Of a stretch of 64,000 nt of DNA, positions 12,160 through 24,691 are shown one piece after another (position 1 is the stretch's first letter; every line of letters begins with the position of its first letter). Made by a program: the position numbers and the translations under genes. The DNA comes from Tubulanus polymorphus. Its lineage: Eukaryota; Animalia; Nemertea. The stretch lies in contig NC_134034.1 of NCBI RefSeq assembly GCF_964204645.1, positions 8,072,962-8,136,961 on the forward strand, read 5' to 3'. The notes under the pieces are model-generated. The model made no database searches and was not told the DNA's origin. It saw only the letters and a program-made list of their open reading frames with translations.

Positions 12160-13826
12160 TAGTTGTCGAATAAACACTATAATCCGTGTAAACTGTAGAT
12201 AAATAAAGAAATCCCACACTTCGAATTTGAAATTATACTATCAAATTTACTATTACGAAACCACAACTTTTCGGCTGTTGACTAACAGCCATCAAGCAAT
12301 AAAACATCAAGGGGTACCGTGGAAACCACAGCAATTCTAAACAGTTCAGAGTAAAAACAAATTAAGTAACTAAGTGAAGTGGACTGAAGAGGGTGGCGAT
12401 AACAGAGTGACACATAGTGACATCAACCCAAATCTAATAAAGAGTTGATGTGTCTGGATAATAATTGGTTATGGGGAGAAAAACCAGTATTTAGATTAGT
12501 AGATAAATTGGATTTCGAAAGTTTACATATAAGGGCTGATTCCACTATGTGTCTCTTATGAATATCTTTACAAGGATAAATAAGTTTCGAATTCTGAAAG
12601 TCAAATTGGTGATTGGTTGTAAAGACATGATTCGCTATTCCACTCTCAGGCTTTTGGTTGCGGATATCTATTTTGTGTTCTTTAATTCGCTGACTGAGAT
12701 TACGTCCCGTTTCGCCGATGTACATCATATTACAGTCTTTACATGGTATCTTATAGACCCCAGACTCAATTAGCTCACTGTTGGGTTTATTTTTGGTTAA
12801 AACATTAGTGAGTTTGTTATTATACTGAAAGACTAATCTAGTGTCGATGGTGCTTAATGTGGATTTAAAGCGTTCCAAAGTAGGTAAATACGGGATTATG
12901 ATATTCTTTTGAGCTCTGCGTTTTGTGGTCAGGTCGTTATGTCCAAAGTGAGAAATTCGGGCTTTGAAATAAGCTTTGTTCAAAATTTTGTCTGGATAGG
13001 CTAGTTTCTTGAGAGCAGTTCTTATATGTTTGATTTCTTTATCTAAAAACATTTGATCACAAATACGTAGAGCTCGAAGAAATAATCCTTGGGCTATTCC
13101 AATTTTGATGTTCAAAGGAGTAAATGAGAAAAAATGAAGATAAGCTTCAGCGTTAGTCGGTTTTCTATAGAGAATTTCAAATTTGTTTTGAAATTATGAA
13201 TGAGTACATCGAGAAACGGGATGCAATTATTTTCTTCCCACTCAAAAGTGAAATTCAAAGTAGGATTTAAAGAGTTCAAATAATGTAAGAATCCATTCAC
13301 ATTAAAATCGGGGGAAACTAAACAAAGAATATCATATCAACGTAACGTCGCCAAATTTTGGGTCTACTTTCAGTGTAAAGAGGAAGAATTTCACTTTCGA
13401 CATGTTCCAAAAATAAACCAGCAAGAACAGGGGAAAGTGGATTCCCCATAGCCATACCAAAAATCTGTTCAAAATAGTTAGAACCAAATTGAAAATATAA
13501 GTTTTTTGTACAAAGTTCAATTAAAGTCCAAAAGACAATCAACCGGTATACCAAAATGAAAATCTAAAGTAGGTAACTTTCTCCTAAGAAAGTCCAAAGT
13601 AGGTTCTAAAGGAACATTATGTTTGATGTTTTATTGCTTGGTCTGTTTATCTTAAGTTTTGACACACTGCTTTTATTTTAGATCCTGTGAGTTTATATGC
13701 TTTGTAACTTGTTTTTCTGGTCATTCCACCTGACGATGGCTGTTAGTCAACAGCCGAAACGTTGTGGTTTCGTAATAATAAATTTGATAGTATAATTTCA
13801 AATTCGAAGTGTGGGATTTCTTCATT
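12160..13826 (-). mobile_element. 5'-truncated Penelope-like retroelement (RT plus GIY-YIG) with an inverted pseudo-LTR
   Basis: GMAMGNPLSP, WRRYVD and IPFLDV (RT). SGVYKIPCKDC..YIGETGR...RIKEH (GIY-YIG). 12200-12310 is the reverse complement of 13622-13830 with a deletion. 12-bp direct repeat TATTAGTCGACT at 12148-12159 and 13827-13838. Confidence 0.92.
13726..13767 (+). ncRNA. Minimal type I hammerhead ribozyme motif of the Penelope pLTR
   Basis: CCAC-CTGACGA-T-GGCTGTT-agtc-AACAGCC-GAA-ACGT-T-GTGG: stem I, CUGANGA core, 7-bp stem II, GAAA, and a palindromic ACGU in place of stem III. Confidence 0.82.
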
Positions 13827-14015
13827 TATTAGTCGACTAGCTTCGAAAACCGAACTCCCGCCGAGCTCGGCGAGCTTCTTCATTTGTCTTCGACAGCAAG
13901 AGTGCCGGGGTTCGAACTCACTATTGACCAAGAATTGCGCTCACTCTACTATCGTGCCTTCGATCAAGTAGTTACTGATCTCCAGGAAGTTGATGCTGTA
14001 AACAAATTGAAGAGG

Positions 14016-14165
14016 ATGGCCCGAAACGTTTCATGGAGAAAATCGCTTTCTGACGCTGTAAGCTGGAGACAGGATCAAGCATTGAATGAAACAATTTATA
14101 TTTTACGAAATATTGGACCTACAGGATTTTTGATTAAAGAAGAAGGAGAAAACAAGAAGTTCAAG
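14016..14165 (+). CDS. ZSWIM2: ZSWIM2-like E3 ubiquitin ligase, coding exon 1 (50 codons, phase-0 donor)
   Basis: MARNVSWRKSLSDAVSWRQDQALNETIYILRNIGPTGFLIKEEGENKKFK matches the ZSWIM2 N-terminal pattern SWxQDQAL..IY.LR..GPTGFL as I recall it. Donor AAG|gtaggc. Confidence 0.88.
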
Positions 14166-14775
14166 GTAGGCCGAGACTTTCACAGGGGCTTCTTGTCACA
14201 ATAGCTATGTTCACGGGAATTTTTTTAACGGATCTGTCATATCATGTTATATATCAAATGAAAGCCTAAAAAAAGATCTTCCAAAGGCAAAAAGAATTTC
14301 TAAGATTGACCAATGTACACAGAAGTTACGTGCCCTTGAAAATGTAAGGATTTCAAAAATTTTCTGCCGCAGTATTAGTAAAAGCAGCACTTAGTGATCG
14401 CTCCCTAGTAACCAGTCATTGTTGCGTTAATTATTGTATTTAATTGATTAATATTTTACATTTAACATTTCTTAATTAATTTAAGGTAAGTATCATATTA
14501 TAAATGGAAAGTGTATGTAGAAAACAGTCATTTATAAGTCACGTAGGAAAGTGTGAGGAAAAATGTTAAACGCAACGATATTTTTTCGTGAACTCCAAAA
14601 ATTTTTTATGATGTTTACCTAGAAAGCGTGCATGGTGACGTTTTGATATAACTTCAATGTCGAGGTTAGTATAACTTTAGTTTTAACTCTAACTGGAATT
14701 TTAGATATCTAGAAATAAAATAACAATTATGAAATAACTAATATTTATAACGTATTTATAAATACACTGACTAAT

Positions 14776-17265
14776 TTACAGCACTGTGATATTTCCGCTT
14801 TGTATTTCTTCTTCCAGTTTCTCAACATACAATGCATCATCATTATCGTACTTGATATTGAACCATGACGAGTAACCAGGAACAGAAGAAATAACCGTAG
14901 CTAAAAATTTGGTGAGTACGCCGCTATCATTTGGATCGTCTTCATTTTTTACAAGCATTTCATGACTGATTGTTTTCCCTATCAAATTTCCAGCTCGTTC
15001 TCTTTCCGTTGCGGTTGTTGGAATCGCTTCTGCTGCTTCGACAAGCTGAATGACATTTGCTTGTAGTTCATCTAAACTTAAATTCCTTCTTTTCTTTTCA
15101 TCTACTCTCACAGAAAATCTGTATATAGAAGCATCATCCCATTGCTGCTGGAGAATTATCTCACGGAACCTTAGCTGTCCCTTCAAAGCCATTTCTTTAT
15201 CACTTTTGGTTTTCGGATTATTCAAACTCTGGATAACATCTTGGGGAGTTTGCCAAAAGCCATAATACATGATGTCTTTGATTATTAGTTCTCTTTCCTT
15301 CATTTGCCGTTCTCTTTTTTCAGCTAGCGCCTTTCTGCGCAATTTGTAAAGCTCTTGTATCTTGCGGCGATCAGTCATGGCTTTCTGTACAAGTGCTTCT
15401 TGCTGTTTTGTAGGTTTTGATGCTAGCCAGTCTTGTGTCTTGTTGAGGGAGAACATAATATAAGCTTCAATTCCAATGTGATTGATGTTGGGCTTGAATC
15501 TGAGTAACTGATCAGAATAGGCAAAGACTCTTTCTGCAAACTTATTGTGTAGCTCAGCACTTCCTGATGTTGAATGTTTCTCATTAGTTGAGAATTCACC
15601 TCCCTCCAAAAATTCCTTATACTGTTCCTTGAGCAGATTGACAATAGCAGGTAAGATGACGGAAAGTTGCAGTTCACATTCATTATCATATTCAGATTCT
15701 TCTATCAAACATGAATATACATGATCTTTCTTTACAGGATATATGTCGCTAAAGACTTCAAGTTTGCCATTCATAAATTCACTGATCCTGGCACTAGCAC
15801 TTTCGATGTAACTGATGAGCTCTGGAACAAATCGAATGAGGTCTACCATTTTTACTGTTTTATCCTCAGTGAGCCTCCACAATGGTCCAGTGATGAATTT
15901 ACTGATTAGCCCTAATGCTTTACATCCAGCGATATTGTCTACGGATTTTAGGTCTGCAAACACAGACTTCAAGAGGCGATTTGGATTATCGACCATTTCC
16001 AAATAATCAATCATCTTTTTGTGAAGAAAGTACACAAATCCTCCATTGAAAAAGATGATATTGAATCGATTTCCTCGAAAAGGAACAATTGGTATACTTC
16101 TGAGTTGATGATGTTTGAGGAACTCAGTCAGGAAACTTTTGAAGTGGGCATGACATCCACTTTTTTCATCGGCACCCCTTGCAAACGCTTTTGCCGCGGT
16201 ACGTATCAGACGAATGACACCTGGCTCCGATGGTTGTATAATCTGTGGCCCTGTTACGACCAGGTCTTTTTCTTTTTGTTGCTGCAGGAGGACTTTCTGG
16301 GTGACTTCAGCCACCTGAACAAAGCTATGTAAGCCACAGAAAAAATTCGCTAAACTTTCGATGGGTGCTTTGTCGTCTGCTGACATTAAATTCCAGTTAG
16401 AAATCGTCTCAGGTAATATGTTCAATCTGTAGTTGGAGAGGAGTTCGTGCCACTTGAGCTCAGTAGCTGCACGATCGGACATTGTATTCTGAATATTCTT
16501 TAAAATGTGTTTGCCAGTTGTATTAGTTGTTTCAGAGCATCTGTCATCAATGTCTTGTATTATTTGTTTGAATGTATGGAGGGTGTCATCTGCTGATTTG
16601 GTGGTGAGGTCTCGCAGTCCAAGTACGTAATGTTTTCTGTCTTCCCCTGTCACGTGAAAACCCATGTATTTCTCTCCGAATTTAGATGTTTCGTCAGAAT
16701 ATAATGTTGTATTCTCTTTACGACTTAGTTCATCCCCCAATTGCATCTGGCTTAAGCCTAATCGTTCGATGTTCATTCGTCGTATAGTACTAGTATTTGG
16801 CAGTTTTGATGGAGTTTTCCCAAGATATTTAAAGCATGAACTTATTACAGAATTAACATGTTCACTTGGAACATGATGCATCAGTAATTCATAAACCAGA
16901 GCTCTGAATTTGGTGTTATATACCCCGTCAGTTTCTGTTTGTTCAATCTCACTGTTCAATCTAATATTTTCTTCATACATTCTACATTTTTCCTTTAGAT
17001 CTAAATTGACTTGCTGGCAGGTTTCAAGTTCTCTTATTATATCAGTACAGTTATCGCAAACCTGTAATGCAGTTGATGATGTAGATCTTTCTAAATTTTC
17101 ACTCTTATTTTTGTAATATCGCTTACTTTCAGTTACTCTTTTCAGCTGTTTTTTCTTTTCTTCTAAGATGGAATTATAACATGGATTTTCTTTTTCAGGT
17201 AAAGGTGATGCAGAGTAACTGTGATCAGCTTGCTGTTCATCTTGACAATTGCGCTTATTGGACAT
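14776..17265 (-). CDS. Uninterrupted 829-aa DDE transposase of the CxxH (hAT-like) type with a C-terminal Spindlin/Tudor-like domain
   Basis: Candidate triad YSDETSK / MSDRAATE / KFAERVF, with FFCGLH after the second Asp. Element ends are uncertain (GGGCTT near 14186 and AAGCCC near 18447, no TSD seen). Confidence 0.72.
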   Translation of the reverse strand: MSNKRNCQDEQQADHSYSASPLPEKENPCYNSILEEKKKQLKRVTESKRYYKNKSENLERSTSSTALQVCDNCTDIIRELETCQQVNLDLKEKCRMYEENIRLNSEIEQTETDGVYNTKFRALVYELLMHHVPSEHVNSVISSCFKYLGKTPSKLPNTSTIRRMNIERLGLSQMQLGDELSRKENTTLYSDETSKFGEKYMGFHVTGEDRKHYVLGLRDLTTKSADDTLHTFKQIIQDIDDRCSETTNTTGKHILKNIQNTMSDRAATELKWHELLSNYRLNILPETISNWNLMSADDKAPIESLANFFCGLHSFVQVAEVTQKVLLQQQKEKDLVVTGPQIIQPSEPGVIRLIRTAAKAFARGADEKSGCHAHFKSFLTEFLKHHQLRSIPIVPFRGNRFNIIFFNGGFVYFLHKKMIDYLEMVDNPNRLLKSVFADLKSVDNIAGCKALGLISKFITGPLWRLTEDKTVKMVDLIRFVPELISYIESASARISEFMNGKLEVFSDIYPVKKDHVYSCLIEESEYDNECELQLSVILPAIVNLLKEQYKEFLEGGEFSTNEKHSTSGSAELHNKFAERVFAYSDQLLRFKPNINHIGIEAYIMFSLNKTQDWLASKPTKQQEALVQKAMTDRRKIQELYKLRRKALAEKRERQMKERELIIKDIMYYGFWQTPQDVIQSLNNPKTKSDKEMALKGQLRFREIILQQQWDDASIYRFSVRVDEKKRRNLSLDELQANVIQLVEAAEAIPTTATERERAGNLIGKTISHEMLVKNEDDPNDSGVLTKFLATVISSVPGYSSWFNIKYDNDDALYVEKLEEEIQSGNITVL

Positions 17266-18480
17266 TTCGAATGGTGTTCGCAGCCATTTTTGAAGTTCTT
17301 CCTACAAGAAATGAAATTTGGCTAATTGCTTCACTGGAGAAAAAACTGAATTTATATTTTTGTCTCCCTTCAAGTTTATAATACTGCATTTATAAATTCC
17401 ATCATTATTGTAGGACTGTAGAGTATTTTTCATTCTTTATTAAAATTAATTGACAAAAAACTCTATCTTATGTTTTTATCAACTAAAAACTATTATATTA
17501 TAAAAACTATTATAGATTCGAGATGGTCGAGAATGTCATTTTCTAATGATGAGATGTAACTCACAATTTGAGGATGATACCAGTCAGTAGTATCCCTGTA
17601 TAAAAAAGAAAAGGGAGCTAACTAAATCGAAGTACGGTCATCTCTAGTCAGTAACCTGTCTGTGGTTTAGTTTCACGATCGGATATTTTCACAAACCACA
17701 GTCAGGAATGGGAAGGTCATTTTTGTATGAAATCTTCGTCAGCCAATTTGACTGACGAGTAATTTGCCTGGCATTTCATTGTCTCTTAAGATATCTGTCT
17801 CATTTTTGTTGTAATCGACGCACAACAGATTAGTAGTTTGTCTGATACCTATAACACCTCACCTGACGATCTTAATCCATGTGCAAATCGGCCGTAAAAT
17901 GAGAGTAAATTTCCGTCCAGTCAACAGCTGCCATTTTGAAAATTACTGGAGGTACTGGCACCTGTGGACTGAGGCCAGGACAATAGCACAAACTAACAAA
18001 GCGAAACGACGAAATTTAAAAAAATTAAAAAATCAACACTTATTCACATTTTTCTTTTACCAGAAATTTATTATTTCATTATTTATTATGGAAAACACGA
18101 AGACTTGAAATAAAAGTTGGAAAACCATCAAAAATAAAAATTGTCGTTTCGTCTTGGAAGTTTTATATAAATCCTTGTAGGTCCCCTTGTCTTATCATGC
18201 CACATGTGCAATACAGAGAAATGGCGGCCAATGGCGAAATTTGTGGAGAATTTAATTAATTTCTCAAAATAATGTTGATTAATCACTCGAAACATACATA
18301 AAATTGGATTATTTCGAAAGGTACCTGTGTTAGTTTGTGAATTAAGCCATTAATTGTGGACTGAAGTGAATAGAAAATATATTTTTGAAGTGTTACTTTT
18401 TTCAACCGTGTTTTGGTCCTTGTCATCCCTAACGTTGGTATAAGCCCATCCGATTATAAAAAGCTTACCACCAACGATTA

Positions 18481-18596
18481 GGTAACTAACTAGGTCATCT
18501 CATACCCAGGTCAACTCGTACCTGGTCAAGTCGTACCTGGTCAAGTCGTACCCTATCTTTGGTCAACTCGTACCCTACACTAGCCAACTCGTACCT
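18481..18596 (+). repeat. Array of GGTCAA(C/G)TCGTACC motifs, probably a DNA-transposon subterminal remnant
   Basis: About 6 imperfect copies of a 14-15-bp unit. Confidence 0.7.
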
Positions 18597-18735
18597 TCCC
18601 GCTTTCGTTGTTTATAACTTTCAAAATGATATTTCCACCTTGCCTATCAAACCCTGGTTCCTAATCATCATAGTTCCAACAAAAAATATCAGTGTTTATA
18701 ATCCCGTGGCTGTGTAATTTACAATGACATCTATT

Positions 18736-19360
18736 GGCGCTATTTCACTTTCGTACCCCCCTCCCAAAAGTTTTTATTTCAGCATATTTATTATCAGGGA
18801 GGTCTGTAGAGTCAAAATAAATTACTTTTGACAAAAAAAAATAATTTTTTCCAAGCCAAAATTCTGATAATTTGGGGCCGATTTCCTCGATTCAAACCGA
18901 CGGGTCGGCCATGTTTCCGCACTAATTACCACCTAAAAACACCTGAATAAATATATCTCAATAAATGGAATTGAATTGAATTGACATAATTTCGTTTTTG
19001 GGTACATAACTTTTCTTCATCAGGACATCTTTAAATCAATAGCTAAGTATGAAAATAATGCAATCATACGCGTTATTTTCAGAGATGGTTATGTTTGAAA
19101 ACATGGTTTTTGCAAAGTTTTTATGTCATGACATTTCAGTGGAGGGTTAGCAACTTTGAATGACATCCAATATGGCGTTGTTGACGTCGCGAATCGGCGA
19201 ATTTACACGCGATTTAGGGCCCAAAATAACAAAATTTTAACCTAGAAAAAGTAAGTTTTTTGGGTCAAAAGTTACTGATTTTGAATCTCTAGACCTCCCT
19301 GATAATAAATATGCTGAAATAAAAATTTTTGGGAGGGGGGTACGAAAGTGCAATAGCGCC
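18736..19360. mobile_element. MITE with ~70-bp TIRs and an 8-bp TSD
   Basis: TIR GGCGCTATT(T/G)CACTTTCGTACCCCCCTCCCAAAA... at both ends. CATCTATT at 18728-18735 and 19361-19368. Confidence 0.9.
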
Positions 19361-19394
19361 CATCTATTGGTAACTGTCGACACTACTCTAGGAT

Positions 19395-22300
19395 ATTCAG
19401 TAATCAGTAATCAGTAGTTTAGACGTGTGACCAGCGATGGTCTTTCATCGCTAATTGAAGTTGATGTAATTCGGTTAATTTGATAAATACGGGAATTTGT
19501 CTTTTGACCCCTAATAACAATTTCGCTTTTTTGTTTCGTTGAGTGCGCGAGAGGTCGCTAAAAGTCGTATACATCCACTCCGGTCGCTTCGCAGTGTTTA
19601 TCGAGGCGGGCTTTGAAAGAGTTTAGTGAAGGTGCCTCGATCACATCGGCAGGTAGACAATTCCATTGATTTACGATTCTGAACGCGAAGTAGTGCCCTC
19701 GTAGGCTCGTCTTACATCTCAATTTTCGAATCTTTAGTCTATGACCACGGGTGTGAGTGTTTGTCTCCAGCGGCGGTACCAGTTCCTCTGCATTTGAGTA
19801 AAGATTGTAGAATATCTTGTACGCTTCGATCATGTCGCCCGCTTTCTCCTGTGGCTCAAACTAGGGAGTTTAAGATATTCCAGTCTTTGCCTGTAGGAAG
19901 TGAACGTATATTCTTGAGAAGCTTAGTTGCCCGACGTTGAACCGATTCAAGTTTCAAGATGTCTTTACGTATCGACGGGTTCCAAACGGCAACGGAGTAT
20001 TCCAAAACAGGGCGAACTAAGGCTTTGTAGAGTTTCAGGAATAGTGATCTATCTGAATGACTCAAGGAATGTCTAATTGTGTAGAGTAGGCCTACCCTAT
20101 TTGCTGATTTGGTTATGTTGTTTATATGGGATTGGGGTTTAAGGTCGTTTTGGATGAGGACACCTAAGTCACGTTCTTCACTACTCGATTCAAGTGTCAT
20201 GTACTGTCTTGTTTCATCTGTCATTTTATATTCACACGGCTGGTGGCGTTTTCCGATTCTCAGACATTTACATTTTCCAGGATTAAACGATAGTTGCCAG
20301 ATTCGAGACCAAGATTCAAGTTTATTTAAGTCACTCTGTAGTGTCTCACAGTCGTAGATAGTTTTTATTCAGCGGTAAAGCTTACTGTCGTTGGCAAACA
20401 TCTCGATATGGCTGCTTACATTCTCGGTGAGGTCATTTACAAAAATGAGGAAGAGGGTCGGGCCTAATACTGATCCCTGAGGAATGCCACTCTTGACTCT
20501 GGTTGGTGCGGAAGACTCGTTTTCGATCACAACTCTTTGTGTTCTGCTGATCAGGAATGCTTCGAGCCAGTTTAACAGGCGACCAGTTATTCCGAAGTTT
20601 TGTGCCTTCGCAATGAGGCGTTTATGTGGTACCGAGTCAAAGGCTTTTTGAAAATCGAGATATATTATGTCAACGGAGTCTCCGTCGTATAAGAATTTAT
20701 TCCAGTTGTTATGACATATTAATAGGTTTGATGTGCAATTTCTCTTTGGGAGGAAGCCATGCTGATTTGAAGAGATAATGTTTTCTGTTGTCAGGTGGTT
20801 CATAATTTCGTCCCTAATAAGTGTTTCTAATATTTTGCAACATATGCATGTTAGACTAACTGGTCTGTAGTTTGATGCTCTGGATTTATCGCCCCTTTTA
20901 TGGATCGGCTTAACTATCCCCATTTTCCAATCCAATGGCAGTGTACAGGTGGTGAGTGATTTTTGGAATATTAAACTCAGTGGCCTCGCTATCTTGTGGG
21001 CTAGGCCTATTTCTTTCAACAGTGGGGTGGAGGTCATCTGGGCCTGGGCTCTTGCTCACTTTGAGGTTTTTCAGTTTCTCTAAGACTGATGCAGATGTGA
21101 CATGTTGATCCACATGGTCTAATGTGCTACCTACTGTCAGCGGCGTAGGATGGGGGATGTTGCGAACATCCTCTGTAACGAACACACTGCTGAAATACCT
21201 ATTAAAAATCTCAGTTTTTGCAGTGTTTTCTGTAGCGATGCCCTCGTCATGAAGAATGGCTGCAACTTTTGATTTTGTTTTAGTCTTTGACTTTGTGTAT
21301 GCCCAGAAGGCTTTGGGATTTGTCTTTGCCTGGCATGCCAGTTTATTTTCATATCTCTTAGTAGCTCTCCTAATTTCAATTCTCGCTTTTTTTCTCAAGG
21401 TATGGTATATTTCGTTATCTTGATTAGTTTTAGTTTTCAGGAATTTCCGCCTGGCTTTTTGTTTGTCTTTGATGGCTTTCATTGTTGTTGTGTCCATCCA
21501 TAATGGTTTTTGTCTGTATTTTCGACCAGGCTTTAGAGATCGTCTTGCAACATGTTTGTCGCGCAGTTTAATCAGTTCGGTTTTGAAAAGAATCCAAGCG
21601 ACTTCAACATCGTCTGTCGCCTCGATTTTGTTTGACAGTTCTCCCGTATCAATGCTCTGCCTTATAGGGCCTAGCCTCATAGTCGCCGAGGTCATATTTA
21701 TGTATTACTGTGGATGACACCTGGGGGTTCTCTATATTTAGCGCTGTAGTTGAAGGTGATAACTATGTGATCGCTTTTTCCTATGGGGTGGTCATAAGTT
21801 ACTTGATCAATGGCGTTTTCATGGTTTGATAGAATTAGATCTAAAAGACTCGGCTGTTGATTAGACCTGTACCTAGTTGGCTCATCTACGAATTGGCGAA
21901 GATAGCAGTCATTTACCGTTTCAATGAATAGGCTTGATGCATGGTTTCTATTGGCTGTTGATGCTTCAGTCTCCCAGTTTATTTCAGGGAAGTTGAAATC
22001 CCCAGTGATCAATAGGTCGTCGCAACCCTTCAGTTCCTCTGACATGCTTCTAATCATGTGATTTAACTTCATATTGTTTTCAACAGTAGAGTTTGGGCTC
22101 CTGTATATAGTACCGATAAGAAGGGAATGTCCATCCTCTTTGAGAACCCTAATCCACTCATTTTCCGAGGCACTTATTTTTGAGGTTATTTCATTTATTA
22201 TCATATTGTTTCTAACGTATATACAAATAGATCTCATTTAGATTATGTACAGGGGCTTGGTATCCAGGTAACAACAGTGAGTTGGGGTTTACATTTCCTA

Positions 22301-23935
22301 ACTTTGATTTTCTCTTTGGTTTCACTTCAGTTATCATGATGATATCAGGATCCTCTCTATATACAATTGCTTTTATCACGTCGATTTTATTTGTCATCAC
22401 GTCGAGATTCGTGTATAGGAATTTCATGTTGTAGTTGGGGGGTGGGTGTTGGTGGGGTGGGCAGTTCTCTCCTCCGAAAGGGCCGTTTCTGATTTTTAGA
22501 TCTGTCTCTCCAGCTCTTTGTCTAGTGGCTAGTTCTTCCTTCAGTTTTTGTAGTTCATTCTATCTCCGGTCGAGCGGTCGGGGGCAAATTTTAATATTGG
22601 TGCCTGCGTCCTTTTATCCTCAGGGTGTATTAGTTGTTTGCCACTTACGGTGTTTAAGAAGATCTCGCTCTCCCATACTGTTGAATATTGCGTTTATTGG
22701 CCTCACAAAGTTAGGTTTTTTTTCTGCCATACGAAAGGCTGTAATGAGGGTAGCTTTATATTTAGGCCTACGTTAGTAGGTAGGGCGTTTAAACTAGAGA
22801 TATCATGCCGTTTTTCCTCGGCTGGTTCATCTAGATCATTTTCGAGGAAGTCGTAGATTACCACGTTAGTGCTTCTTCTCTCTCTGTCTCGTCGTTTGGT
22901 CATAGGCTTCGATCTTTTGGTCGACTGTATTTGCCAAGAGTTCGGGTTTTAAGCCAACTCTATCGTTTTTTAGTTGGTCGACCTGTATTCTGAGTTCGCT
23001 AATACCCACTGTGGCATTACTTACCTCCTCGGTTAATGGTTCAATTCTTTCGGTAACAGTTCTATTAATTTCAAATTTAAGGTTCTCTTCGATGGTAGTT
23101 AGTCTTTTATTCATCTCGAGGAAGCCGGAGTTTGAAGATGTTTTTAGGTCTCGGACGGAATCTGCGAGTTCTTTAAAGGATACTACTGAGTTGCAGCACG
23201 TGTCACAGGTTATTAATAAGCTTGGGATATCGACCTCTTCCATAATAAGAAGAACTGCTTGCGGGATGTTGCTACAAGAGTCGCATAGGTAGTTTTGACA
23301 GATTGAACACCTAATGTTCGTGTTTTTGGTTGACCGCCAGCATTTGGAATAGGTATTTGGAACAGGTGCTTTTGCTACTTGCTCCTTGAGTTCTAGGCTG
23401 AAGGTGGTCTGTGGGTGAATGTGGTTTCGATTTGTTGCGTTTTCGTTTCTTGCCGCTAGGTTTAGTTGGTGTTTCGTTACCATAGTTTGGGGATGAACTA
23501 TCCATAGGCTGCCCAAGTAATTTGTCAATGTGACTCTGAGGTGTTTGGGCCATGAGCAGGTTAGCAACGGCTTGGCTGGTCTCCGATGTGTTTTCTGCGT
23601 CTCTAGTTTGGTTCCCATTGCTAAGTGTATGTCCAGGATCAAAGGGGACATGTCTTATTTAGACCTACTGACTCTTCATCAGTAGATGAGAGCGACGAAT
23701 AAGGAGGGCTATCCTCTAGGGAAGAAGTACTGTCTCTATATACTCTGTCGTTCATTCTGTCTAGGCTTATTTAATCCTTAACTGTTTTTTTTTATTTATT
23801 ATTTTCTTCAAATATTGGGAGTTAAGTTAACCAGTTGTTTGGTGACACTGTCGTGGCTGGATTTGTCTACACAGTACAGGGCAGTTTTCGTTTTTTTTTT
23901 CTTGATTTTAGAGATCACTGGGGGAGCCTCTGTTT
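19395..23935 (-). mobile_element. Near full-length, inactivated CR1-clade LINE (PHD-like ORF1; APE-RT ORF2)
   Basis: ORF1 CSIC..C..C...CDTC. APE motifs YTN, ITE, IYRSP, GDFN and SDH. RT motifs NYRPVSLT, LDFQKAFD, GIPQGSVLGP, FAND (from FADD), LESVQRRATK and TRGH. 3' hairpin AGCGATG..CATCGCT and an (ATTACTG)n tail. The 5' boundary is approximate. Confidence 0.93.
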
Positions 23936-24377
23936 ACCCATTTATAGGAAACCCTGAACGAGTAATAAATATACTAACACAGTCTGATTTTAGTTCGTTA
24001 GACGGTTTACTTACGTACGCAATTTTATTTAATTTCATACGCAATCATAATATTTGACCAATTAAGTTGTTCTCCACAAACCGTAGTGATTGCGCGCTGC
24101 AAAAACCGGAGTGTCTGGTTACTGTTAGCAACGGTAAACAAAAGTTTAGGTGATATTCGGAAACAAGAAAAAAAAAATTATCTTACGAACCGATCCACTC
24201 AATATCCTCCGAAAATATGAATCTTCACGAGTTGAGCGACTAAATCTCACGAAATCGGGAAGAAATTATGTTGGTTCAATGTCTGTTATTGTAGTTTAAA
24301 CGTCCTGGTTCTCGTATGACTAGACCACTCCTGCGCATGCGCACTCTCTCTCTCTGGGCTGCTGAAGAGTAAAAGAC

Positions 24378-24691
24378 CAAGCCCGTAGCCAGGAGGGTTC
24401 GTCCGTTCGAACGAATGCCCCTTTTTAGAAAGTGCCCTTCATAATTTTAGTAAAATAATTTTTTCGATCCAAATTGTGACATTTTATGGTACAAAAACAT
24501 TTAAAAACAAAACCCAATAGTTTGAGTATGAGTGAAATATTCACTAGATGCTTGGAGAATGCATCTTGGGGAATAGTTTGAAAAACGTTTTCTGGGGTCG
24601 GTCTGGGCTTGCTTTTGAGATACAGTATATGTAAAAGGTTCCCTTTTTATAATTTAAGAACGCCCTTTTCAAAATCCTGACTACGGCCTTG
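24378..24691. mobile_element. hAT-like MITE
   Basis: 17-bp TIRs CAAGCCCGTAGCCAGGA / TCCTGACTACGGCCTTG. AAGAC flanks both ends. Confidence 0.75.

Noticed and set aside
13833-14015. Open frame upstream of the ZSWIM2 Met as an N-terminal extension
   Set aside because: There is no ATG and no phase-compatible upstream exon. Recognisable similarity starts at 14016.
14186-18447. GGGCTT/AAGCCC as defined TIRs of the 829-aa transposase element
   Set aside because: Only a 6-bp match with no TSD, so the boundaries are left undefined.
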